In this document: piece by piece, positions 1 to 11,507 of the stretch
How positions within the stretch are numbered: the first letter of the stretch is position 1
Layout: each line of letters opens with the position of its first letter
DNA from: Corallochytrium limacisporum Hawaii
Taxonomy: Eukaryota > Protista > Pluriformea
Assembly: GCA_002811645.1 (NCBI GenBank)
Contig: PDIP01000085.1
Span: 38,202 to 102,201 of the forward strand
DNA length: 64,000 nucleotides
Reading direction: 5' to 3'
The notes under the pieces: generated by a model
Told to the model about the DNA's origin: nothing
The model's database searches: none
The model's input: the letters and a program-made list of their open reading frames with translations, nothing else
Translations under genes and position numbers: made by a program

Positions 1-493
1 TTACAAACTGCCAGTTGGGGTCCAACTGCTCCATTAAGAAAACAACAATGTTGTTGAAGTCACGATGAGTGGGACTCGTAAGCAATTTTGTGCTGAGAGG
101 GTGCGGGTACCCGTTGTCAACCAGGAACGTAAGCAATTCCCTAATGTTTTGCTTCTTTACGTCTGCGTTGGTGAGACCGCGGGGATCCCTCATAAAGGTC
201 CTACCACTGCTCTCCGGAGCCATGCTCTGTCGACGACCGCGAACGTCCTCCTTCGCACTGCGCTTAGCACTACCCTTCTTTCCAGGGGTCCGTGGTCCAA
301 GATTCTCCTTACCGTAGGATGACGCCGTCATGGTCTGTCGACGTTTTTTAGCGCTGCCTTTGGAACTGCTCTTCAGCACGCGCTGAGGTCCGAGACTCTG
401 ACGGCTAGCCTTCACAGGGAGGTGCACGGCCGACAGATCTGCTGTGTTCCCCAGCAGACTGGTCTGCAGGGGTTCTCTGTTGCTGCGACTCAT
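1..493 (-). CDS. NDC80: Kinetochore protein NDC80/Hec1, N-terminal part (continues beyond the window start)
   Basis: Manually translated open frame from ATG 493 to the window edge; not in the ORF track. A basic Ser/Arg-rich tail is followed by RDPRGLTNADVKKQNIRELLTFLVDNGYPHPLSTKLLTSPTHRDFNNIVVFLMEQLDPNWQF, matching the start of the Ndc80 CH domain (DPRPL..K..I..L..FL..NGY...S.K.L..P...DF..IF.FL...LDP). Confidence 0.9.
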   Translation of the reverse strand, partial: MSRSNREPLQTSLLGNTADLSAVHLPVKASRQSLGPQRVLKSSSKGSAKKRRQTMTASSYGKENLGPRTPGKKGSAKRSAKEDVRGRRQSMAPESSGRTFMRDPRGLTNADVKKQNIRELLTFLVDNGYPHPLSTKLLTSPTHRDFNNIVVFLMEQLDPNWQFV

Positions 494-972
494 AGTCACG
501 GATCCTATGTGTCAAAATTCTCTTACTTGCTTCCCAGGTCCAATTACAAATAATTCTTATCCATGTCAGTCTGAAAAGAACTTCGGGTTGCCACCGTTTT
601 CGTGCAGAATAGAATCGCTTGCCATGGAATTGATTTACTCTTCAATACCACGCACGAAACCGGTATTTGGTCTTGAGTACCTCCCCAGAACCGCGTAAAT
701 GAATGGGCATTGCCAACTGTGCGGTCGCATCGGAGCGAACTCACGTCTACCCCGTCGGGTCACTCGGTTGAGACTATGTTTGGAGCCATTTGGATAAATG
801 TTGGGCAGTGTGGTACTTGGAGAACACCGCGGCTGAGTCTTGGCAAGTCACCGTCTCGCCTTAGAGGCGATGTGTTCAGTACCGGACACCTCGACCAACA
901 CCATACGGCGGGTAAAAGGCGGGAGACTCAGTTGGAGTGGGACAGAGTGCCCGCTGGGAGAAAAACTCAAAA

Positions 973-1143
973 TTTTCCCGCCAAACTCGACCCCGGTGAT
1001 TGGTTTATAGTGAATGTATTACAAGAATTGACGAACCGGGGGAAACCGGGGATTCGCGCCCTCGTTTCCCCCTCCCCCTTGGAAAGGCGGCGGAAAGGGA
1101 CAAGAGTTCCTTTGGTACTGAAACCTCCCACCGATATTTTGAA
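973..1143. promoter_or_regulatory. Putative NDC80 promoter: E2F-type site, CCAAT box, CHR-type hexamer
   Basis: TTTTCCCGCCAAA 973-985, ATTGG 999-1003, TTCGCGCC 1053-1060 and TTTGAA 1138-1143, about 480-650 bp upstream of the NDC80 ATG. Confidence 0.45.
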
Positions 1144-3816
1144 ATATGGGGCCTCCCGTCAATTTAGTACATTCACTAGGAAACCCGGAGGGACTGCACA
1201 GGTCTAACAAACCACAGCCTGCCCTCCTTCTCCGCTCACATTCCTAATACATTTACTACGAGATTGAGTGGCACAGAAAAGCCCGAGACCCAGTGAATCG
1301 CGCTGAGGCGAACGGCGCGACAAAAAGAGGGGGCCCCCGGGGGGGGGAGGTGTTGTAGGGTTGGGGCCTCTATTAATTCATAACATCAGGTGTCCAGTTA
1401 TTAATCTGCCAAGAGAGAAAACTGGACCAAGCAAGAAAACGAACGGGAGGGAGGGGGGAGTGCGAGACCCCCCGCGGGGAAGAAGGGGGGGGGAGCTCAG
1501 AGGGTGAGAGCCTTGGTTGCCGCTGATGGGGTGCTTTGCGGTGGGGTGTGACCGGACAGAAGACCAGCTCGCACTCAACAACCCCCGGGTGACTATACAC
1601 ACACACAACTCCGCCCGGTGGAAAAAAAAAAAACACAACCTCCCCCACCCCAGGGAACTGATAGAGAAGAGACGGTGGTAGGCAATAAATAGCACAAGCA
1701 CACACACACACACACACACCCCAACCCAACCCCGTCCTTCTCTGGCTCGCCTCCTCCCTCGTTTCTCTGTAGCACCCTTTCCCCGGGGTCGTGGCACTCC
1801 CCCCCCCCTCCGCGGGGCGGTGCGACCTCCACCCTTCCTCAGTGTGCCCCTCAAGGGCCTGAAAAAAGAAGGGACAAATCACGCCTTCCGCCCCGCCGGA
1901 GGGGGGGGGGTTGTCCCCCTCCGCCGGGTCTTCGTGATGTGTCGGCGGTGTGTACTCTGGCACTCCCTGATCACGAGTGTGCTGTGTGAGATAGAGGATA
2001 AAGGAGAGAAGGGGAAGGGGGAGCCCCCGGAGGGGGGGGGGGCATGAGCGGTGTGCCAGTGTTAGCTATTTGCGTAGACGTGTGTGGACGTGTGGACTTT
2101 TGTGTATGTGTGAGATGGCTCCAACGTATGGGAAGGGTGAAGACGAAACAAACGAGGTTGTACAAAAACTAAAACGAGAAATCAGGAAACGAGGTTTCCT
2201 CTCCGTGGTTTTGACCTGCGAGGGACGGTATTTTGGGCACCAGGCCTCGTTTTGTTCTCCGTCTTTCTTTCTTGGGTCATACAAGATTCATAGCTAGGCG
2301 GGCAGCAGCGTCGACATAATGAGAGCAACTATTTGTCTCTCCAGGGACAACGCCACCGGGTTTGTACCTTGCACGTATAACTACGACAGGGGCGACAAAG
2401 CGGGGAGCCAAATAAAGCCAACTGAGGAAAGTCTCATATAAAACATACTGTCTGCGACCCACAAAACCTCAGGAGTGGGACTCGCTCGCTGTCCCGCTTT
2501 TGTGTTTCCGGTTCGGTTGCTCCTGCCTCGCACCAATGGCGCAGCAGGCAGAGCGAGCAACGAGAAAGGTCAGTGTCCCGTTGGGGCAGCAAGGTGGTGA
2601 GAGGGGACAACGTCCAATACATTCATGATTAGAAATCCACCTCTGCAGTGGGAGAATCCTTGCTGGAGGAGGAGCGGACGTGGTGGTGGGGGGAGGAGGG
2701 GAGGGGACGAGGCGCAAAACCAACGAGAGCCCAAAGAGGGTCTTCCCACTGTCCTCTCCCTGCGTTCCTTTCGCTGGCGTTTTCCTTCTTCTGGCAGGGG
2801 AGGCTACGTCTCTATAGTGAATATATACGAAGAAATGCGAGGGACGCCCGTTGATTGGGTAGCTTTCGCGGTGGTGGTTAGGACGAGCTGTGTTGTGCTG
2901 CTGCGCCCTGCAGGCGTTGGGGCGCTGCGCGTTAAGGGAATTGCAGGCAAACGCTCACCGCGGCGAAGTCCAAGAAGATCTATAAACGAAAACGAAGGGA
3001 ACAGGAAAGGAAAGGAGGATCCATTATTTGGGGGAGGAGGGGAAGGAGAAGGTGGGAGAGGTACACCGTGTGCGCTTTTTGTACTGTGACCTGTCAGGTT
3101 TGGGGGGTCCCCCCTTGGGTGAGTGCGCGTGTGTGCTATTTTGTTTTAGTTTTTTCTTTGGTGCGGTGTGAGAGCGGCCAGAGCGCCGGAGAAGAGAGAG
3201 CGTGTGGGGAGGGGGGGTGTGCGTGTGTGTGGTAGTCATTGTTGGGCAGCTCCTACATTCGTGTGAAGTGGATAGGTGGACAGGCCTGCCGTGGGTTCTC
3301 CTCCCTTATCATTCCATAGCCCGTGCCCCCACATTTGTTTCTCTTTTTTGCCAACCAATGGAACACCCAGACAGGGGCATACCGGAGGGAGACAGAGAGG
3401 GGTGGCGGTGGTGGGGATGTGGGTGAGACTGGCCGGAGAGCGGAGAAAAGAACCAAGTGTGGAAACGCGCGTGTATGCGTCAGCGTCTGCGGGATGTGTG
3501 TGTGTGTGTGTGTTTATTAGGGTGCAGACGTTGTTCTGGGTCGGGAAAGAATGCGATAGTCAGTTAGCGAGTAAGTTGTTTGTTAAGGTTTCTATCGAGT
3601 AAGCTCAAACACTTATTTCGGGAGACTTGCATCCTTTGTGTGTTCACGACGCTGCGCCACCATATGTCAAGCGTTCGGTAATTGAACTTGATATAGGGCA
3701 CTCCGCGCTCATTGGTAACGCCATGCAAAGACAATGATGATCTAGGGAAAGGCTCAATCACCTAGGCCTCCATAGGAGACACAGAAATCATATACATTTA
3801 ACATAAAGAAGGAACC

Positions 3817-4773
3817 ATGGTTGCCGCTGCACCAACAGAACAAGTACAGTCGAAGACTGCTGGACAGTCTCAGACGTACCGGGAAATTATTCAGTATGCT
3901 AAATTCTTGACTGCTGGTGGTATTGCTGGAGCAGTAAGCCGGACATGCGTCAGTCCCTTGGAACGTCTGAAGATTCTGTTCCAGGTCCAAAAACCAGGCG
4001 ATCCACCGTTGCGGATCGTGAAGACCCTAGTTGACATTTACAAATACGAAGGAATCATGGGTTACTTTAAAGGTAACGGTACCAATGTCATCCGTATGGT
4101 ACCTTACAGTGCTGTGCAGTTTGCCAGTTATGAACAGTATAAGAAACTCTTGCTGCCCGAAGGACAGAAAGTTTTGGACACTCCCCGGCGACTGGCTGCG
4201 GGCGCCTTGGCCGGGATGACTTCTGTTGCAGCAACATATCCCTTGGATCTTATTCGGACGCGTCTCGCTGCCCAGGAAGGTGCAGGTAAGGTAAAGAAAT
4301 ACAAGGGCATCGCACACGCTGCTGGGCTGATTCTCCGGGAAGAAGGTGGTTGGATGGGTGGCGCACTGTACCGTGGTCTGATCCCAACAATGATGGGTAT
4401 TGTACCCTACGTAGCACTGAACTTTACCATCTACGAAAGTATTAAGCTCTGGTGCGCCCAACAATACGATGTAGTCAACACAGACGACCTTCCGGTACCG
4501 GTTCGCTTGACTGCTGGAGCTGTTGCGGGGGCTGCAGCCCAGACAGTGACGTACCCTCTGGATGTGATCAGGAGACGTATGCAGGTGGTTGGTAACCCCG
4601 AGAGCGGGTACAAGTACAAAGGTACGTTCGATGCACTTGTCTCCATTGTGCGCGCGAATGGATTCAAGGGTCTCTTTGTCGGCATGATCCCTAACTACCT
4701 GAAGGTAGTACCATCCATCTCCATCAGCTTCGTCACCTACGAGTGGTCCAAGAAAATCCTTGCCAAGATCTAG
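3817..4773 (+). CDS. Mitochondrial carrier (SLC25 family), adenine-nucleotide/CoA-type (YPR011C/ADNT1-like)
   Basis: 318 aa with three Px[DE]xx[KR]x[KR]-type repeats (PLERLKI, PLDLIRTR, PLDVIRRR), plus GNGTNVIRMVPYSAVQF and a strong Kozak context (accATGg). Confidence 0.93.
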   Translation: MVAAAPTEQVQSKTAGQSQTYREIIQYAKFLTAGGIAGAVSRTCVSPLERLKILFQVQKPGDPPLRIVKTLVDIYKYEGIMGYFKGNGTNVIRMVPYSAVQFASYEQYKKLLLPEGQKVLDTPRRLAAGALAGMTSVAATYPLDLIRTRLAAQEGAGKVKKYKGIAHAAGLILREEGGWMGGALYRGLIPTMMGIVPYVALNFTIYESIKLWCAQQYDVVNTDDLPVPVRLTAGAVAGAAAQTVTYPLDVIRRRMQVVGNPESGYKYKGTFDALVSIVRANGFKGLFVGMIPNYLKVVPSISISFVTYEWSKKILAKI

Positions 4774-4937
4774 CGTAACATAGTTCGAAACATAATTTTA
4801 TATCAAAATTTATGAAGCATACATACAATATATAATATACTGTACTCTGAAGACCGTCTAATTCGAAGGGACACCTTGCAATGATTTTGACTCTGCATGG
4901 CCTTGAGAGCTTCCTCTGGCGATCCACAACGCTCCTG

Positions 4938-5081
4938 TGAGAATCCCCCGACACGACCCCCCCCCCCCGGGGGGAACGGTGTTTTGGACTGGTCTCAAAC
5001 CNNNNNNNNNNNNNNTGAGAATCCCCCGACACGACCCCCCCCCACCACGGGGGGAACGGTGTTTTGGACTGGTCTCAAACC
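4938..5081. repeat. About 64-bp duplication flanking a 14-N gap (probable contig-overlap artefact)
   Basis: 4938-5001 is repeated at 5016-5081 on the other side of the N run 5002-5015; the copies differ only in the poly-C tract. Confidence 0.8.
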
Positions 5082-8000
5082 ATTTAATTATACTTATTAG
5101 GTTTTCAGTTATATTCGTTGCCGAGGATGCCTCCGCTCCCGCGTCGGGATTTTGCCCCTGACGATGGCGCGAAAGGTTGGGTTTCTTATTGTTCCAGAGA
5201 CGCCGGAGTCTATTTTCCAAGCGGTTTCACGGTCAGAGATTTGCTACTGAAATATTTTGATACCTTGATCAACTGGCGAAATTAGTAGTAGACTTAGTAC
5301 TAAAAAATGAGATCATGAGCAGCGCATGACCTATCTGTCTCTATCGTCTACTGTTGCAGCCGGGAGGGGTACTCCCTTTGTTGGGCTGCAAGAACCGGTG
5401 GCAAAAATGTCGCAGCTGTGCTTCTCCTCCATAGACATCGTTGAATGAGCGACCGCCGCAGCCACATAAGAGCCGTCACAGGCCCATTGTGAATCTATCA
5501 ACATGATTCTTTTGAAGTTTTGCCCGCCTCCACTTCTTCCGCATGTGAGATGCGGAAGAGAGTCGAATGTGCAGCGCTGAACAACTTGCGGCGTTGGTCG
5601 ACTGGACAATGAATAACCAAAGACGACAGTAGCTGGCCTCCACTACCATCGCATCCATACACAATGGCCTACAGGAGTTCACGCACTGCATGCTGCTTTC
5701 CGGTGTTCCGTGCATCTGAAGGGCGACATATGCATACGGTGTATCATGTCCAAGTTCTGGCATCTGTGGTGTGCTGTGTGGAACGAATCGTTTACTGCAT
5801 CACACTCTTACACTTCCAATCTCAAGATACGCCGACACTGCTCAGATTGTGTATGGGGTGGGGCATGCATGACTTTACGAGTGACTCGCAAGCTGCGATT
5901 GCAGCATTGCGCAAATCAGAATGACCTTGCGGGTGGTTGCCTTGGTTGGAGATCAGCGTGCTGTGCACTAAACGGGGGAGGGGAATATACCGCACCGCCA
6001 AGAATGTTCGGGAGTCCATATTCGTCCGTAATACCCCCCTCCATTGCCAGCAGCATGCCGCGCCAGCAAAATGCAGAAAGAAAAGGGGGCGCTCCAAACA
6101 CTGCAAAAGGGCGCGCAAGAACGATCCTCGCCCCATGTCCCCAGAGACCCGCCAGGCGATAAAGGGTAGCCCCCTCCCTGGCGCAGTTTGTAGATTTTGG
6201 CCTATACATTCATTACTTTAAATGAGGAAGCTGATAAAATTCTTCGGTGTGCAGGCGATGGCAACCACTCTTCATAATATGACGATGTACTAGGAGAGAA
6301 GGAAATCTAGTTCCTCCTTCCCTTTGAATACTTACTGCATGGAGTGCAATACCAAGAAAATCAGCACTCAACTTGACACCCACTCCCTACCGTTACAAAC
6401 TCACTCCCTTAATTCGTGTACAACACGCACTCACGCAAGAGGAAGTGATGGGCACCTCTGAGAGAGGGTGATATCCTACGAAAGTCCGCCTGCTAGCTGA
6501 GTTTCCCTTTTTCTTTGCCCTGGATCACGTCAAAATACGGGCATGCTAGTCATCCCAAGTCTAGGGGCCAAGCTTTTCCACCGGTAAAGAACCCCCACCC
6601 TCCTGTTTCCTCCCGATCCCAACGCGAAAATCACAACAGCAAGGAAAAAAAAAGAGAACCAAAAATCTCCAACACAACACCGACCCACAAAGTGTGGTCC
6701 CCCCTTCCCCCAACTCTCTCGAACTGGAGCAAAAATCTCTGGGGTAGGGGGGGGGGGTGGCCCTGAGCGTCAATTTGTCCACGGCTGTTCTGGTAGTCAT
6801 CTCGCCTTCCCCCCCCCCTTCCCTCCATTTGGTCACAATTCTCTCTCGGGGTCCACGTTGATTTCCAAACGCCTTCTCTTTTTGTTTTACTATTTCAATT
6901 GGCCCGTGCTTGTTTTCCTTCGTTTCTTTTTTTGATTCCTGAAGACCCGCAGTAGCAACCATCGATGTTTGGGTATTCAGTGAGGAAAACACGCATCCCC
7001 GCAGGTGGGCGGACACTTGCGGTGAAACAATACAAACTCTCTCTCTCTCTCCTCTCCTCCCTCCTTTCCCGTCCCCCAGAAAAGTAACAATAAAAAAAAA
7101 CCCCCAAAGAATCTCTCCCCGCCTCTCCTCTCCTCCTGCTCCCCGGGCCCCCCCCACCCCCTTCTCCCCCAATCTCCTTCTCTCCCAAGCCGGAGCCCCT
7201 TCTTTCGTTGCACCTCACCCTTCTACCATCTCTTCATCACAACCAATCCGCGCGTTCGGATGATCTACGGGCGGGATCGGGTAGAGTTTCCCCTATTTTT
7301 TGTTCGTTATATAAAAACAACGGACGAAACAACACTGAAAGATTGCAAGGAGGGCATCGGGGAAGGGACGCCACAGGCGAACAAAGAGGAGCGCGGCTTT
7401 TCACGGAAGGGCGCAGGACACGTAGAGTGCCGGAGAGGACCTGCGAAGAGAATCCCCGGCTCTTAGCAAGGGCGGGCCCGTGAGTCAGTGAAACATGCGT
7501 CAGTTTGCAATAGAAGGACTATGTAAGAAGAGGATATGGGGCTTTGAACCAAGCGCATTTGCAGGCCGGTGTGCAGCGGTGAGATTGCGAGGGCGGGGAA
7601 GTAGAGAAAAAGCAGACAGACTCTACTGGGTCCAAACCAGTTGTGCCGTCTGTGTTCCCACACCTGGGTAGGGCAATGGCATTATTTCCACCACGGGAAC
7701 TATAGTGTATATACTGGTGGAAGATTTTGGCGGGAACTTTCTCGACTTTTCTCGATGGAGGGAGAGAACAGTAGAAGGGGTCCACGCTTAAATTTTGATC
7801 CGATGGTAATGCACACACTCCATCTGCACAAGCGCGTCGGTCTCATAATGAATGCTCCCTGAACTACAGCAGCTTTTGCCATTTCCGCTCAGAATTAGCG
7901 GAATACCGCACTGTAACTCGCAACCCCAGTGCGACCAAAAAAGGAGCGAAGAAGGACAGAAACGAAACAACACGGTGCGGCGGGAGAGGCTGAAACTGAG

Positions 8001-8853
8001 ATAGATCGACGGACACTATACTCACTGAAGGGCAGAGGATGAAACACAAAGAGGGAAACTTCGAGAATTGACGGGACAAGCTTTTGTCCGATGCGCGGGG
8101 TCTTTTCCTCCTTCTTCTTTTTCTTTTTTATTCCGGCATCGGTCTTCTCAAACTAAAAGAATGGTACTGGCAAATCCCTCTCTGTCCCGGCACGTTTGCC
8201 AAGCGAAGGGGGTTAAGGAGTGGGGAGGGAGCGGTCTTGGAGGCTACTGCTGTCCCTCCCATGCTATTACCCTTATACACATATACGCCCGCTGTGGTTC
8301 GTAAGTAGTTCCCGAACAAAGTGTCACTCTAGTGCGCCAGCTGTTGGACGGCACAGGAAATTGGGAGGCAGAAGGATTGCCTTCCTATTTTCGTGCGCGG
8401 CTGCAAAAGTGTTGGTTAAGAAAAAAGGAATTCAATATATTTAATATAAGAATGTGACGAGTTACAAAACCAAGTATCAGTGTGCGTGAACATGCCGGGG
8501 TCATATGTGTGGTTTCAATCAACACCCATCTTCCTTGTGGATCAAACCACACACCACCAATAATGATAATAGTGCCTGGAAACATCAGTATATTTTACAC
8601 CAATTCTCGTCCCGTCCCGATTCACGTATGTGTCCTTGCTTCATGTTCTGCGTTCTAATGCCGAGCATTGTGCGAGGAACAAAGGAAGGGGAGAGAGAGA
8701 AAGAGAGAGACAGAGACAGAGAGGGGAAGTGACAAGCGAAGCGACCTTGCCGAACGGAGGAAGGTTGGGGGGAGGGGGGAGAGGAGGTGGAGGGGGAAGT
8801 GTGGTGCAGAAAGGGCGGAAGTGACTGGGGAGGGGAATGGGGAGGAGGAAGGA

Positions 8854-8894
8854 AGAGAGCGAGAGAGCGAGAGAGAGAGCGAGAGAGAGAGAGA
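8854..8894. repeat. (GA)n/(GAGC) microsatellite in a purine-rich tract
   Basis: Seen directly. Confidence 0.85.
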
Positions 8895-11507
8895 CAGGGA
8901 GAGGAAAGCAAGAAAATGAATGACGGCCCCGCTTTGCAAAGAAAAAAACTGATGCACCCGCAAACCCCCTGCACAGTATGAGGAGGGGAGGGTGCGCCGG
9001 TAAGGCTCCCTTTACCCTAACCCATTCGGGTCCAAAATTGCCAGGTTTTACAGAGTATACGTGAGAAATATGGAAAACATTAGGTTTATTTTGTACTTAT
9101 TATGAAGGCTCTTGAAATTACGAGGTATCAATAGGAAAATCAAGTTTCACTGGCTTTTCACGCGACGCCCCCTCGAGGTTAGAGAGGGGCCAGGAGGGTC
9201 CTGTTTTCTTCTGGATTCCATCGGCACAGCGCACTATGCTTATGGTCTATCGAGAACTGCGTCTGATAAGTAATGCAACCCTCACAATTAATGTACAGCA
9301 AATATATTGCGTATGGACCGAGTATTTCTATTTAATATTGTGCTCGTCAAGACCGCGAGTGACCGCGTCCACGGAGTCTGTCGCAGTCTTCGCCCCGTGA
9401 CACAATCCACGAATCTCTGCTTGTGAGCTCGTGAGCAGCCGCCAGACCAATTATTCAATACTAAATGAACTGAAAATTGCTCAAGTTTGCAGCCGCCCCA
9501 ATCGGATGTTTTTGGGGTCCGCGAGTACAGTGAGACGGGTGGTGCTTTTCCCCCCTCCTTCCTTTCTGCGGAGTGTGATTTTGCTGAGATTTTGTAGTAC
9601 TTTATGGATGTAAAATGAATTATTCTTGAAAGGTGTAGTGTCGTACGATGGACGATCTTTTCTTGCGGAAGGGAGGCCCCGGGCATGGTCGTCCGTTCCA
9701 GGCACCCTAAACTCTTTTACCGGCCGCGCTACCTCGTACAAATACTACTAAATACTGACATTTTGATTCGAAGGAACCAGTGGTGTGTCGACAATAGCCG
9801 CATCTAGGAAGGAAAGAATGGAGTTGACCCAAGTCTTCCAAAAATACACACAGGCCAGGGCGGATGTCGGGCAGGAGATGTCAGTTGGAATATGCACACT
9901 TGACAGTCCGCCTCTTTAGTACTAAATGTATCATCACAAAATTGCGGGTTTCTCTATAGTGGGCGATACGAAATTTTGACTCTGACCAAGTTTCTTTTTC
10001 CCGGAGGGAGAGACCGGAGATGGCAACATTGCGAGCTGACCCAAGTCCAGTGAGTCCCGTGTGGGACCTCGGACAGCACAGCCCCGCTGTGGCTTTCCTT
10101 CGGGAATACCTCGTCCTTTCCCTCCGTGTCCCGGTTGTGCCTAAGTATCTTTATATTCAACATATGGAATTTATGAGCCGCGTTCTTGCCGAATATTCTT
10201 TCCGAGGAGAAAGAGGAGCGACAGAAAATGGGCAAAAAAGGAGAAAGGGAGCGAGCGAGCGAGAGAGAGGGAGAGAGGGAGAGATGATAGAGAGAACGGA
10301 GGAGAGAATATTAAAAAAGAAAAAACAAGAAAAGGAGAATGTTTAAAAAAGAAACCAAAAGAAAATGGGGGAAAGACACATAGCCGAGAAAGGGAGACAG
10401 ATTGTCTTCGATTTCTATCAGCAAGGACAAAGACTGTTTCTTTGCTCTTGCCTGTTAACTGTGCACGGGGATCCCGTGCAGTGCAGTCCGAAGGAGGAGG
10501 AAAGGCGCATTCACAAAGTACCAAATAAAAGCAAAGGAAGGGGAGGGAAAGGAGAGAACGCAGAGATAAAAGCTCCAACAAAAAGAACAAAAAAAAAAAG
10601 GGAAAGAAAGGGAGAGACACGAAACAGAAAGGACCGAAGACTTTTTATCTCCGTTGGACCCTGCCATCTTCTTTTTTCCCTTCTTTTTGTACTGAAGCCG
10701 CGAACCGTGAAAACGACAGCCAAGGAGACCACAGATCCCTTTACCGGGCGAAAAGACCGAACCCCTCTCCGTTTTCGTCTTCAAAGTCTTTTTCTTGGGC
10801 CTTTCACCGGTACTCTGCTGCGGCGATGTGGTTTACCAGTCTTTTGGCGGGTTTTAAGGGCCACAGTTTTTTTTTTCTTTCGGGGTCACAGTGTCCACTT
10901 CTTCGGGTGTGCAGGCCAAGAATAAATAAGTGATTGTGTCACAAACGTCGTTTCCAAGTTGTGCCCGAGGAAACCCCCGGCATTTCTGAGTGACTTAGGT
11001 GGACCTCTTGTCGTATACAATTTGTCGCTTCCAGTTTGAATGTGTTGCGCGCAAGTGACACCGGCTGCAACTTAATCATGTAATGGTACATGAAGATCAC
11101 TAGTAACATACTCCAAACCTGTGGAAATATTTTTTATGCATGATATTAGTCATATATAGGGACCTATCAGAGTCAGAAAAAATTGCGGGACCAACGCATT
11201 TATATCTGTTTACTATTTTTTTTAATTTTTTTTTCCGGAACATCAGTTAACAAACTTTGGGTTTTGAACACCAAAGAGGCCCATTTAGCAGCAGCCGCAA
11301 GAACGTCAGGGATATGCGCTGCAGAATTGATACCGGTTAGAGATTGTAGACAAAGGCTAATAACAAACAGTAAGGAAGAAAAAGCACTGATCACCCATTG
11401 TGCTTGGCAAACAGAAGGTCAACACCAGCACAGGAATCCTTCCAAACCGAGCGTTTGGTAGAAATCTTTAAGAGTTTGAAAAGCTGTTGGGAGGCAAGAA
11501 AGAAACG

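Noticed and set aside
4938-5081. Apparent tandem repeat or small element
   Set aside because: The copies flank an N gap and differ only in a homopolymer, typical of an unmerged contig overlap.
9010-9025. ACCCTAACCC as a telomerase RNA template or telomeric seed
   Set aside because: A single 1.5-repeat match in C-rich DNA with no supporting pseudoknot or other elements seen.
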